NCBI RefSeq assembly: GCF_042660085.1
Contig: NZ_JBHSTI010000008.1
Coordinates: forward strand, 270,001-302,000
Reading direction: 5' to 3'
Source of the DNA: Longivirga aurantiaca
Lineage (GTDB): Bacteria > Actinomycetota > Actinomycetes > S36-B12 > CAIYMF01
Length of the DNA: 32,000 nucleotides
The translations under genes and the position numbers were made by a program. Shown in pieces: positions 16,698-25,184 of the stretch (the first letter of the stretch is position 1; every line of letters begins with the position of its first letter). The notes beneath the pieces were generated by a model. The model did no database searches and was not told where the DNA came from. It was given only the letters and a program-made list of their open reading frames with translations.

Positions 16698-17437
16698 GCC
16701 AGACCCTGGATCGAGCCCTGCAGATCCTTGACTACGTGGGGGAGAAGCCGCGGCGCATCGCGGAGATCGCGGAGTTCCTCAACGTCCATCACTCGACGGC
16801 GCTCCGCTTCCTGCACACGCTGCGAAACCACGGGTTCGTGCACGAGCTGCCCGACCACCGGTACCGCCTCGGCGCGGCGATGTTCCGACTGGGCTTCCAG
16901 GCGCTGGACGGGCTCGAGCTGAGGTCAGTGGCCCGACCGGCGATGGAACGCCTGAGCGCCGCGACGGGCGAGACCGTTCACCTCGGTGCGCTCGAGGACG
17001 GCGATGTCGTGTACATCGAGAAGGTCGAGTCGCAGCACCCGGTGCGCACCGTGTCCCGCATCGGTGCGATCGCCACCCTGCACTGCGCCGGAGTGTCCAA
17101 GGCCATCCTCGCGTTCCTTCCCGAGGCGGAGCGGGAGGCGTTGCTCGCCTCGCACGAGCTGGTGCGGCGGACCGACCACACCCTCACCAGCAGGGAGGCG
17201 TTGGAGGCCGATCTCGCGCTGAGCCGCGAGCGCGGTTACGTGCTGGACGACGAGGAGAACGAGCCCGGGATCCACTGCGTGTCCGCCCCCATCTTCTCGG
17301 GCGACGGGGAGGTCGCCGGCTCGATGAGCGTGTCGACGCCGATCAGCCGCATCGACCGGGACGCCCTGCTCGGCTTCGTCCCCGCGCTGCTCGACGCCAC
17401 ACGGTCCACGTCGGCGATGCTGGGCTGGAGCGGCTGA
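16694..17437 (+). CDS. IclR-family transcriptional regulator
   Basis: N-terminal wHTH (LDRALQILDYVGEKPRRIAEIAEFLNVHHSTALRFLHTL) plus IclR effector domain (SGETVHLGALEDGDVVYIEKVES, GIHCVSAPI). Confidence 0.95.
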   Translation: MSQTLDRALQILDYVGEKPRRIAEIAEFLNVHHSTALRFLHTLRNHGFVHELPDHRYRLGAAMFRLGFQALDGLELRSVARPAMERLSAATGETVHLGALEDGDVVYIEKVESQHPVRTVSRIGAIATLHCAGVSKAILAFLPEAEREALLASHELVRRTDHTLTSREALEADLALSRERGYVLDDEENEPGIHCVSAPIFSGDGEVAGSMSVSTPISRIDRDALLGFVPALLDATRSTSAMLGWSG

Positions 17438-18051
17438 TGCAGCTGCGGACCGTCGCAATCCTGCGATCCTTCGGCCCGGAGCGGTCGCGCGAGCTCGCTC
17501 TGCGTTGCTGGGACATCGGCGTCGACCTGGTGGAGGTGCCCGTCCAGGACGACAGGGGCTGGGCCTCCCTGGCGGCCGTTGCCGCTGTGTCGGAGGGGCG
17601 ACCCTTCGGCGCCGGCACCGTGCTCACCACCCACGACTCGCATCGCGCCACCGATGCCGGAGCCTCGGTGGTCATCAGCCCGGGGATCGATGCTGCGGTC
17701 GTCGAGGCCGCCCGGGCCGCGGGGGCGATGCCGCTGCCCGGAGTGTTGACCCCGACGGACGTGACGCTCGCGCACTCCCTCGGCCTGTCCGTGTGCAAGC
17801 TGTTCCCGGCGTCGCAGGTGGGACCCGCCTGGCTCGGGGACATCCGCGGCCCGTTCCCCGCCATGCGGTTCGTCGCCGTCGGGGGCGTGGACCACGTCAC
17901 TGCCGCGGACTACCTGCGGGCCGGCGCTGCCGGGGTCGGCTTCGGCTCGAGCATCGAACGAGTCCTGCAGGCGTCCGACCCGGCCGGGATCATCGCCGGG
18001 CTGCATGCGCTGTGCTCGCCGCCGGGGGCAGCGCCGGATGTACTGATGTAA
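17437..18051 (+). CDS. KDPG/KHG aldolase family protein (copy 2)
   Basis: VAILRSFGPERS, VDLVEVPVQ, GAGTVLTTHDSHRATDAGASVVISPG, VCKLFPAS and AVGGVDHVTAADYL. Confidence 0.87.
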   Translation: MQLRTVAILRSFGPERSRELALRCWDIGVDLVEVPVQDDRGWASLAAVAAVSEGRPFGAGTVLTTHDSHRATDAGASVVISPGIDAAVVEAARAAGAMPLPGVLTPTDVTLAHSLGLSVCKLFPASQVGPAWLGDIRGPFPAMRFVAVGGVDHVTAADYLRAGAAGVGFGSSIERVLQASDPAGIIAGLHALCSPPGAAPDVLM

Positions 18052-18095
18052 TGATGAGTCGCCGTTGACTCCTCCCGACGCATCTGGGTAATCTT

Positions 18096-18126
18096 CTGCA
18101 CTATGCGCGGAGCATCTGCATATGCT
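18096..18126. promoter_or_regulatory. candidate IclR-type operator upstream of etfB
   Basis: CTGCACTATGCGC (18096-18108) matches, with one mismatch, the reverse complement of 1492-1504; followed by TGCATATGC. Confidence 0.5.
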
Positions 18127-18140
18127 GCATTGGAGGGCTC

Positions 18141-18905
18141 GTGAAGGTCCTGGTCTGTGTCACACAGACGCTCGAGGTGGCGACCTACCTCGAGTTCACC
18201 CCTGACGGGCGCGAGCTGGACCCTGCCTTCGTCACCGCTCTGGTGAACGAGGCGGATCTGTGCGCCGTCGAGGAGGCGCTAGGGCTCGTCGCGGCTGCCG
18301 GCGGCGGCGAGGTCGTCCTCGTCAGCGTCGGCGAGGACAGTGCCGAGGACGCGCTCCGCTCCGCGCTGGCGCTCGGTCCGGAGCGTGCTGTCCGGGTGTG
18401 GGGCGAGGGGGTCGTGCTCTCCGACGCCGGCTCGATCGCCGCCGCGCTGATGACCGCCGTCGAGGCCGAGTCCCCGGACCTCGTGCTCACCGGAGTCCAG
18501 TCGTCGGACACCGGCGCCCAGTCGGTCGGGCCGGCCCTCGCCGCGCGGTGGGGTGTCGCCTGCGTGCCCGTGGGCCGACGGCTGTCGGCGTCCGGATCGA
18601 CCCTCAGCCTGGAGCGCGAGTTCGAGGCCGGCCTCGTCGAGCGGGTCGAGGTGGATCTGCCCGCCCTGGTGACGGTTCAGGTCGGTGCCAACACGCCTCG
18701 CTACGGGACCTTCAAGGACAAGATGCGTGCGAAGAAGGCTGACATCGGCGTGCTCGAGCCCTCGGTGATGCCGCCGGCGCGGACGACGCTCACCCGCCTT
18801 GAGGCAGCTCCGCACGGCTCCGGCCGCTCGATCGAGCTCATCGAGGGCGGCCCGTCGGTCGTAGCCGCCCGCATCGTCGAACTGGTTCGGGAGGCCCAGT
18901 CGTGA
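18141..18905 (+). CDS. etfB: electron transfer flavoprotein beta subunit
   Basis: MKVLVCVTQ, NEADLCAVEEAL, LTGVQSSDTGAQSVGPALAARWG, YGTFKDKMRAKKADI. Confidence 0.95.
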   Translation: MKVLVCVTQTLEVATYLEFTPDGRELDPAFVTALVNEADLCAVEEALGLVAAAGGGEVVLVSVGEDSAEDALRSALALGPERAVRVWGEGVVLSDAGSIAAALMTAVEAESPDLVLTGVQSSDTGAQSVGPALAARWGVACVPVGRRLSASGSTLSLEREFEAGLVERVEVDLPALVTVQVGANTPRYGTFKDKMRAKKADIGVLEPSVMPPARTTLTRLEAAPHGSGRSIELIEGGPSVVAARIVELVREAQS

Positions 18906-19846
18906 CCCGTTCCCTGGTCCTTGCCGAGGTGGTGGACGGCGTCCTCGCCCCCGTGACAGCGCAGGCGGTCGCGGCCGCCGTGGGCCTGGGCGGCGACATC
19001 GTCCTCGGCCTCGTCGCGCAGGACCCTGAGGCGCTCGTCCTTGCCGCTTCTCTGGCGGGTGTCACCGAGATCGTGACGGTCGCGGTCCCAGGGACGGACC
19101 GTGATCACGAGCAGGCGCTCCAGGCGGCCGTGGCCCTCGTGGCCGACGTCCGGCCCGATCAGGTGATCGCCGGATTCACCATCCGTTCCTCGTCCTACGC
19201 GGCCGCACTCGGTCACGTCCTGGACGTGGGCGTGATCACCGACGCGATCGCCCTGCGCCGTGACGACTCACAGAACCTGGTCGCGACACGGTCGGTCTAC
19301 GACGGCCGCGTCCAGGCCGAGGTGGTGCTCGACGGCTCCCGGCCGGGCGTCGTCCTGGTACGCCCGTCGTCCTGGGAGCCCGTCGAGCCCGGTGGCGCAC
19401 CGGTCGTACGGGCGCTGAGCGTCGAGATCGCCCCATCGCGTGTTCGCTCCGTCGAGCTCGTTCGGCCGTCGGGCGACGTCGACCTCGCGCGCGCCGACGT
19501 GATCCTCTCGATCGGTCGCGGAGTGGGGAGCCAGGAGAACGTGGCTGTCTTCGCGGACGTTGCGGCCAGGCTGGGTGTGGCGCTGGGTGCCTCGCGGCCG
19601 ATCGTCGATGCCGGATGGCTGCCGGCGGCGCACCAGGTCGGGCAGACCGGTTCGACCGTGAAGCCCCGCCTGTACCTGGCCTTCGGCATCTCCGGCGCGC
19701 TGCACCACCTGGCGGGTATGCAGAACAGCCGGACCATCCTGGTCGTGAACTCCGACAGGAACGCCCCGCTCTTCGGCCACGCCGATGTCGGTGCCGTCGA
19801 GGATATCCATGACGTCGTCGAGCAGCTCAACCTGCTGCTCGCCTAG
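18902..19846 (+). CDS. etfA: electron transfer flavoprotein alpha subunit
   Basis: C-terminal FAD-domain motif GASRPIVDAGWLPAAHQVGQTGSTVKPRLYLAFGISGALHHLAGMQNS. Confidence 0.96.
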   Translation: MTRSLVLAEVVDGVLAPVTAQAVAAAVGLGGDIVLGLVAQDPEALVLAASLAGVTEIVTVAVPGTDRDHEQALQAAVALVADVRPDQVIAGFTIRSSSYAAALGHVLDVGVITDAIALRRDDSQNLVATRSVYDGRVQAEVVLDGSRPGVVLVRPSSWEPVEPGGAPVVRALSVEIAPSRVRSVELVRPSGDVDLARADVILSIGRGVGSQENVAVFADVAARLGVALGASRPIVDAGWLPAAHQVGQTGSTVKPRLYLAFGISGALHHLAGMQNSRTILVVNSDRNAPLFGHADVGAVEDIHDVVEQLNLLLA

Positions 19847-19873
19847 CCAGCGCACCAGGGTCGGGAGGATCTC

Positions 19874-21499
19874 GTGAGCACGCACGATGTGCCAGACGTA
19901 CTCATCATCGGCGCGGGAGCGTCGGGCGGTGTCGCGGCCAAGCATCTGGCCGAGGAAGGCCTCAGCGTCGTCATCCTCGAACAGGGGAACTGGGTCGACC
20001 AGAGCGACATGCCCGGGCTCCGTCCGGAGTACGAGCTCCTCGGCAGCGGTCCCTGGCATCCGAACCCCAACGTTCGTAACCGCCCCGAGGACTACCCGGT
20101 CAATCTCGACGACAGCGCGGCGGTCATCGGGATGTTCAACGGCGTCGGCGGCAGCACGGTCCTGTACGCCAGCTGCTGGTGCCGCGCCAAGCCGTCGGAC
20201 TTCCGCGTGCGCACGCTCGACGGCGTGGCCGACGACTGGCCGTTGTCGTACGAGGAGCTCGCCCCCTTCTACGCGCAGGTCGAGCTGGAGCTCGGGATCT
20301 CGGGTCAGCCAGGGAACCCGGCCTACCCGCCGGGCTACGCGCCGCCGCTCCCCTCGCTGCCCATCAACATGGCGGGACGCGTCATGGCGCAGGGCATGAA
20401 CAAGCTGGGCTGGCACTGGTGGCCCGGCTACAACTCGATCGCCTCCCGTGACCATCTGCATCAGAAGCAGTGCCAGCGCCTCGGCGTGTGCATGTACGGA
20501 TGCCCTGAGGGGGCCAAGGGCTCGAGCGACGTAGCCCTCATCCCCGATGCGCTGGCGCACGGTGCGCGGCTCGAGACCGGCGCCCGCGTCGCCCAGATCA
20601 CCCTGGACGAGAAGGGCCGTGCCAGCGGAGCCGTCTACTTCAAGGACGGCAAGGAGCACTTCCAGCCGGCCAAGGTCGTGCTCGTGGGCGCCAACGGTGT
20701 CGGGACGCCACGACTTCTGCTGATGAGCGAGTCCAACCGGTTCCCGGACGGGCTCGCGAACAGCTCGGGCCTCGTCGGCAAGCGGTTCATGACACATCCG
20801 TTCGGCACATCCGTCGGTCTCTACGAGGACGATCTCGAGGACTGGGTCGGCCCAACCGGCGAGGCGATCGAGTCGATGCAGTTCTACGAGACCGATGCCT
20901 CGCGCGGATTCGTGCGCGGCAGCAAGTGGCACATCATCCCGTCCGCGGGGCGCCCCCTCGGCATGATCAACCGCTTCACGATGGGGGAGGCGGGTGTCGC
21001 GGACGAGCCGTTCTGGGGGGAGCCCTTCACCGACCGGATGAGGTCGTCCGTCGGGCACCTCATCGAGTGGATGATCATGCCCGACGACCTGCCGGAGGAG
21101 ACGAACTTCATCTCGCTCGACCGGTCGATGTCCGACTCCGACGGTCTTCCCGCCGCCAAGGTCACCTACGTGACATCGGAGAACACGCGTCGGCTCGTCG
21201 ACTGGAACCTCCAGCGGAGCCTCGAGGCGCACGAGGCCGCCGGGGCGACGAAGGCGTGGATCACCAACCGCAACAACCCCTCGTGGCACAACATGGGCAC
21301 CGCCAAGATGGGCGACGACCGTGAGACCTCGGTCGTGGACCGTTGGGGTCGGACCCATGACGTCCCGAACCTCTACGTCATCGACGGGAGCCAGTTCCCC
21401 ACGGCGACGGGAGTCAATCCGACCGCGACGATCTGTGCGCTGGCCAAGCGGACGGCGACGTTCATCGCGAACAACCGTGACCAGGTGGTGGCGTGGTGA
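19874..21499 (+). CDS. GMC-family FAD-dependent oxidoreductase (copy 2)
   Basis: DVLIIGAGASGGVAAKHLAEEG, GVGGSTVLYASCWCRAKPSDFRVRTLDGVADDWPLSYEEL, VIDGSQFPTATGVNPTATICALAKRTA; 541 aa like copy 1. Confidence 0.93.
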   Translation: MSTHDVPDVLIIGAGASGGVAAKHLAEEGLSVVILEQGNWVDQSDMPGLRPEYELLGSGPWHPNPNVRNRPEDYPVNLDDSAAVIGMFNGVGGSTVLYASCWCRAKPSDFRVRTLDGVADDWPLSYEELAPFYAQVELELGISGQPGNPAYPPGYAPPLPSLPINMAGRVMAQGMNKLGWHWWPGYNSIASRDHLHQKQCQRLGVCMYGCPEGAKGSSDVALIPDALAHGARLETGARVAQITLDEKGRASGAVYFKDGKEHFQPAKVVLVGANGVGTPRLLLMSESNRFPDGLANSSGLVGKRFMTHPFGTSVGLYEDDLEDWVGPTGEAIESMQFYETDASRGFVRGSKWHIIPSAGRPLGMINRFTMGEAGVADEPFWGEPFTDRMRSSVGHLIEWMIMPDDLPEETNFISLDRSMSDSDGLPAAKVTYVTSENTRRLVDWNLQRSLEAHEAAGATKAWITNRNNPSWHNMGTAKMGDDRETSVVDRWGRTHDVPNLYVIDGSQFPTATGVNPTATICALAKRTATFIANNRDQVVAW

Positions 21500-21944
21500 G
21501 CGTGGATGTGTCCGTGCAGGGTTCGGTGCCGCTCACCGCGGAGCAGCGGGCCCGGTTGTCCGCGCTGGCCGACGTCCTGATCCGCGGCGGTGCCGGTCTG
21601 CCCTCGGCCAGCGAGGCGGAGGTGCACTCGGTGTGGATCGACCGGGTGTTCGTGGCGCGCCCGGACATGGAGGTCGTGGTGCGCGGGGTGCTGGACGTGG
21701 CTGGGGATGCCGAGTCGGTCGTGGCCGGTCTGCGGGCCTCGGACGCGGAGCGGTTCTCGGCGTTCGCGTTCGCGGTCGCGGGGGCGTGGCTGATCAATCC
21801 GCGGGTGCGTCGTGAGCTGGGCTACCCGGGCCCGGTGCCGATGCGTCAGCCCGCCCTGCCCGACGAGGCCGACGCCTATCTCGAGGACGGCATCCTCGAC
21901 GTCGTCATCGCCCGAGGCCCCATCTACCGCCCCACCCCGGACGC
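21428..21944 (+). repeat. 517-bp direct repeat, copy B
   Basis: See copy A; preceded by a further 53-nt identical block (7464-7516 = 21335-21387). Confidence 0.93.
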
Positions 21945-21948
21945 CTGA
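21496..21948 (+). CDS. small partner protein of GMC oxidoreductase (copy 2)
   Basis: Overlaps the GMC stop codon; near-identical at DNA level to 7625-8073. Track gives the alternative in-frame GTG at 21493. Confidence 0.75.
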   Translation: MSVDVSVQGSVPLTAEQRARLSALADVLIRGGAGLPSASEAEVHSVWIDRVFVARPDMEVVVRGVLDVAGDAESVVAGLRASDAERFSAFAFAVAGAWLINPRVRRELGYPGPVPMRQPALPDEADAYLEDGILDVVIARGPIYRPTPDA

Positions 21949-21954
21949 GACGGC

Positions 21955-22902
21955 TTATGGGCGGGCCGGCTCATGCCAGGTCAGGAAGCGCGCGGGGTTG
22001 TCGACGGTGATCCGGCGTACCGACTCGTCGTCGAGGCCCTCGCGGCGTAGCCACGGGATGAGTCGCCACGGGATGTAGCTGTAGCCGGGCCCACCACCCC
22101 ACGACACCAGCGAGCTGCGTCGTGCCAGGTCGCCGGACAGGGTGATGTGGTCGACCAGGCCGTCCTCGACGAGGCGGAGGATCGCTTGGACTCGGGCGGA
22201 GTCCGGCTCGTACCACTCCTTCGACACGCAGTCGTAGCCGAGTGTGAACCCGTCCCGCGCCAAGGCGCGGTGCTCCGCCACGTCCAGCCTGCGGTCGAGA
22301 TGACCGAGCGTGACGCGCTGCGGATCGGCGCCGGCACGGGTGAGGACCCGGGCCTGGTCGACGGCCATCGTCCCGGCCGTCGTATGGGTGGTGATCGGCG
22401 CGCCCGTGACGACCTGCGCCCGGGCTGCTGCAGTGAGGACGCGCTCCTCGGCGGCAGTCACGGTGTCCCGGGAGCTGCCTGCCTTGATCACCCCCGCGCG
22501 TACGCCGGTGGCACCGATCCCCTCGGTGAGCTCGACCGTCATCTCCTCGACGAGCTGGTCGACCCCGCGGTCCTCGATGTCGAGAACCCCGGACCAGTAG
22601 TCGACGGACACGTGGCCGGTGGTGGCGACGACATGCACCCCGGAGGCGCGCGAGATGCGCGCGAGAGCGGCGACGTCGCGGCCGAACTCGGCGACCGTCA
22701 CCTCGACGAGGGCCCCGCCTCCGGCCGAGCGGTAGATGGCCACCTCCTCGGTCGCGCGAGCCTCGTCGTCGAGCAGCAGGTCGTCGTTGTCGCGCAGCCG
22801 AGGCGCGGGGGCGGTCATGAGGTGCTCGTGGCAGAGCGTCAGACCGAGAGCCGTCGGTGGGATGTCACCGAGCACCGTCCGTACGAATGCTTGACCCGTC
22901 AT
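21955..22902 (-). CDS. phosphotriesterase-family (PTE/Php-like) amidohydrolase-fold protein
   Basis: CHEHLM metal motif, GVIKAGSS (candidate bridging Lys), PITTHTTAG, VTLGHLDRR and ITLSGD. Confidence 0.85.
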   Translation of the reverse strand: MTGQAFVRTVLGDIPPTALGLTLCHEHLMTAPAPRLRDNDDLLLDDEARATEEVAIYRSAGGGALVEVTVAEFGRDVAALARISRASGVHVVATTGHVSVDYWSGVLDIEDRGVDQLVEEMTVELTEGIGATGVRAGVIKAGSSRDTVTAAEERVLTAAARAQVVTGAPITTHTTAGTMAVDQARVLTRAGADPQRVTLGHLDRRLDVAEHRALARDGFTLGYDCVSKEWYEPDSARVQAILRLVEDGLVDHITLSGDLARRSSLVSWGGGPGYSYIPWRLIPWLRREGLDDESVRRITVDNPARFLTWHEPARP

Positions 22903-22903
22903 G

Positions 22904-22937
22904 GTCACTTATCATAACGTAGTGACAACATGATGAC
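22904..22937. promoter_or_regulatory. operator-like region in divergent promoter (candidate GntR site B)
   Basis: ACTTATCATAACGT (22907-22920) identical to site A; also GTCACT (22904-22909) / AGTGAC (22921-22926) inverted repeat. Confidence 0.6.
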
Positions 22938-23901
22938 GAGACCATCGGAGCAGGACGTGGTGCAACGGCTCTACTTCGTGGGCGTCTCCACGGCCGCCTC
23001 CGGCATCATGACCATCTTCCCCGCCTGGGCCGAGGCGCTCGGCCTCCGCGCCGAGATGCACGGCGTCGATCTCCCCGTGCAGGCCCGCCCGGACGACGTG
23101 CGCGCGGTGATCGACACCCTGGCAGTCGACCCGCAGGCAGTCGGCGCGCTCGTGACGACGCACAAGGCCGCGGTCTGGGACGCCGCCTCGGACCGCTTCT
23201 CCGAACTCGACCCCTGGGCGCAGGTGTGTCGCGAGATCTCGTGCATCGCGGTGCGCGACCGGGGTCTGATCGGCTGGGCGAAGGACCCGATCACCTCGCG
23301 CCAGGCGTACACGCACCTGCTCGGCGAGGACCCCTGGGGCGGCGGTGAGCGCGATCTGGTCTGCCTCGGCGCGGGTGGTGCCGGGCTGGCTCTGGCCGCG
23401 GCAGTCCTGGACGGCGGGCACCAGCCGCGCCGGGTGGTGCTCGCCGACCGGGACCCCGGGCGACTGACGGTCTCCCGGGAGGTGCTCGACCAGCTCGACG
23501 TTCGGGCAGAGCTCGAGCTCGTCGTCACGAGCAGCCCGGAGCAGGCCGGGGACCTGGTGTCGGCGTCCGCCGAGGGCTCCCTGGTCGTGAACGCCACGGG
23601 CATGGGCAAGGACCTGCCCGGCTCGCCGGTCGGGCCGGACGCGGTCTTCCCCCGGGGCGCGGTGGCGTGGGACATGAACTACCGAGGCGACCTGGCGTTC
23701 CTGGACATCGCGAGGGCGCAGCAGCTCGAGCGGGGTCTCGTAGTCGCCGACGGGTGGCGCTACTTCCTCCACGGCTGGACCGAGGTCATCGCCGAGCTGT
23801 TCGGCGTCGCGATGTCCCCCGACGTGTTCGCCGAGCTCGCCTCAATCGCCGGTCAGGTGTCGGGTCGGGAGGTGGGCAGTGCCGGCGTCAGCCGTGGCTG
23901 A
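22930..23901 (+). CDS. shikimate dehydrogenase-like NAD(P)-binding protein
   Basis: GALVTTHKAAVWDAASDRFSELD (cf. NVTxPxK), CLGAGGAGLALAAAV and VVNATGMG motifs. Confidence 0.8.
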   Translation: MMTRPSEQDVVQRLYFVGVSTAASGIMTIFPAWAEALGLRAEMHGVDLPVQARPDDVRAVIDTLAVDPQAVGALVTTHKAAVWDAASDRFSELDPWAQVCREISCIAVRDRGLIGWAKDPITSRQAYTHLLGEDPWGGGERDLVCLGAGGAGLALAAAVLDGGHQPRRVVLADRDPGRLTVSREVLDQLDVRAELELVVTSSPEQAGDLVSASAEGSLVVNATGMGKDLPGSPVGPDAVFPRGAVAWDMNYRGDLAFLDIARAQQLERGLVVADGWRYFLHGWTEVIAELFGVAMSPDVFAELASIAGQVSGREVGSAGVSRG

Positions 23902-24679
23902 GGGAGTCGACCCCCGCGGAGCTGCGGCTGTCGCGGACGACGTCCATCTCGATGCGCATGCGGTCGGCCCGGTGCCAGGCCAGGAAGCACTCGATGACAT
24001 CGCCCGCAGCGTTGCGGGCCACCGACTCGATGTAGAGCAGCGGGTCGCCGGGGCCGACCTCCAGAAGCTTGGTCAGCATGCCCGAGGCGGCGACCGCCTC
24101 GATGGACCGATGGCCGGTGTCGATGCGCAGGCCGAACTGGTCGGACAGGATGCGGTACAGCGACACCGTGGCGAGGTCGGCCGCGCGCAGCTGCGTCAGG
24201 ATGGCCTCGTCGTCGCGGGCGATGTAGGACTTGGTGAAGGCGACGACCTCGTCATTGACAGCCCGGAGCCGGACGATCTCGATGCAGTGCGTACCGGGAG
24301 CGGCGCCGATCAGCTCACGAGCCCGCCCCACGACCTCGACACGGTCGATCGACAGGACGCTGCTCGAGACCGAGTGCCCATGGCTGGTCATGTCCTCGAA
24401 GAAGCCGACGGTGCTCTCCATGAACTGCTCGGAGAGCTTCGGCTTCGCCACGAAGGTGCCCTTGCCGCGCATCCGCTGCAGGACTCGCTCGTTGACCAGC
24501 TCGCCGACGGCCTGCCGCACCACGGTCCGCGAGACGCCGTAGCGCGCGCACATCTCGGCCTCGGACGGCATCAGGTGGCCGGGCTCGAGGTTGTCGCGCG
24601 CGATCTCGCGCACGATCAACTGCTTGAGCTGCTCGTAGTAGGGCAGCCGGGCGTCGTGGTCGATCCCCAGGTCCGTCAC
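23888..24679 (-). CDS. GntR-family (HutC-like) transcriptional regulator
   Basis: LPYYEQLKQLIVREI...MPSEAEMCARYGVSRTVVRQAVGELVNERVLQRMRGKGTFV plus UTRA-like effector domain. Confidence 0.95.
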   Translation of the reverse strand: MTDLGIDHDARLPYYEQLKQLIVREIARDNLEPGHLMPSEAEMCARYGVSRTVVRQAVGELVNERVLQRMRGKGTFVAKPKLSEQFMESTVGFFEDMTSHGHSVSSSVLSIDRVEVVGRARELIGAAPGTHCIEIVRLRAVNDEVVAFTKSYIARDDEAILTQLRAADLATVSLYRILSDQFGLRIDTGHRSIEAVAASGMLTKLLEVGPGDPLLYIESVARNAAGDVIECFLAWHRADRMRIEMDVVRDSRSSAGVDSLSHG

Positions 24680-24684
24680 GGGGT

Positions 24685-24710
24685 AGAACGTAACATCCGG
24701 TCATGACGTC
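24685..24710. promoter_or_regulatory. candidate GntR operator D between gntR and yhfU-like operon
   Basis: GTCATGAC palindrome (24699-24706); TCATGACGTC (24700-24709) resembles TCATGATGTC (3622-3631). Confidence 0.4.
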
Positions 24711-24779
24711 CTGTCGTCTCCCCGGTGGCACTCGCCGACCTGATCCCACCACCGCACGTACACGAGGAAAGAAGGCCTG

Positions 24780-25184
24780 ATGGTCAAGGAACGGCTCGTT
24801 CGCGTCGTCGTCGCTGGTGTCGATGCCCCCTCCATGGCGCAGCTCGCCACGAACGCGGGCGGAGGCCGGGTGGAGGCGGCCGCGCTCGGCGACATGCAGG
24901 GCGCTCGGCTGGTCAAGAAGGGTCAGGCCGACTACTACCTCGGCACCTGCTGGTCCGGCGGCGGCGGAGCGCTGGCTGCGGCCACCGCCATCCTGGGCGC
25001 CAACCTCGTGGGGATCGTCGGAACACCCGGCATGATCGTCACGGAGGAGCGGGTGCGGACCGCGGTAGGCGAGGGCCGCATCGCCTTCGGGTTCGCCTAC
25101 GAGCAGTCGACGGCCGCGATCCCCATGATCATCAGCGAGATCCTCGCCCACCGCGATGCGCTTGGCGGAGGCACGGATGACTGA
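24780..25184 (+). CDS. yhfU: YhfU-like (DUF2620) protein
   Basis: VVVAGVDAPSMAQLAT...GARLVKKGQADYYLGTCWSGGGGALAAATAILG...IAFGFAYEQSTAAIPMIISEILAH resembles recalled YhfU/DUF2620 sequences. Confidence 0.78.
   Translation: MVKERLVRVVVAGVDAPSMAQLATNAGGGRVEAAALGDMQGARLVKKGQADYYLGTCWSGGGGALAAATAILGANLVGIVGTPGMIVTEERVRTAVGEGRIAFGFAYEQSTAAIPMIISEILAHRDALGGGTDD

Noticed and set aside
19268-21358. 696-aa minus-strand ORF opposite etfA and GMC copy 2; a related ORF is opposite GMC copy 1 (5952-7487)
   Set aside because: The similarity between the two antisense ORFs merely mirrors the homology of the GMC genes.
21373-21627. Short minus-strand ORFs over the 517-bp repeat (also 7502-8209)
   Set aside because: Considered as an antitoxin or mobile-element gene explaining the repeat, but they are composition artefacts. 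No terminal inverted repeats, target duplications or transposase were seen.
22971-23675. 234-aa minus-strand ORF opposite the SDH-like gene
   Set aside because: Ser/Arg/Pro-rich antisense frame with no recognisable motif.
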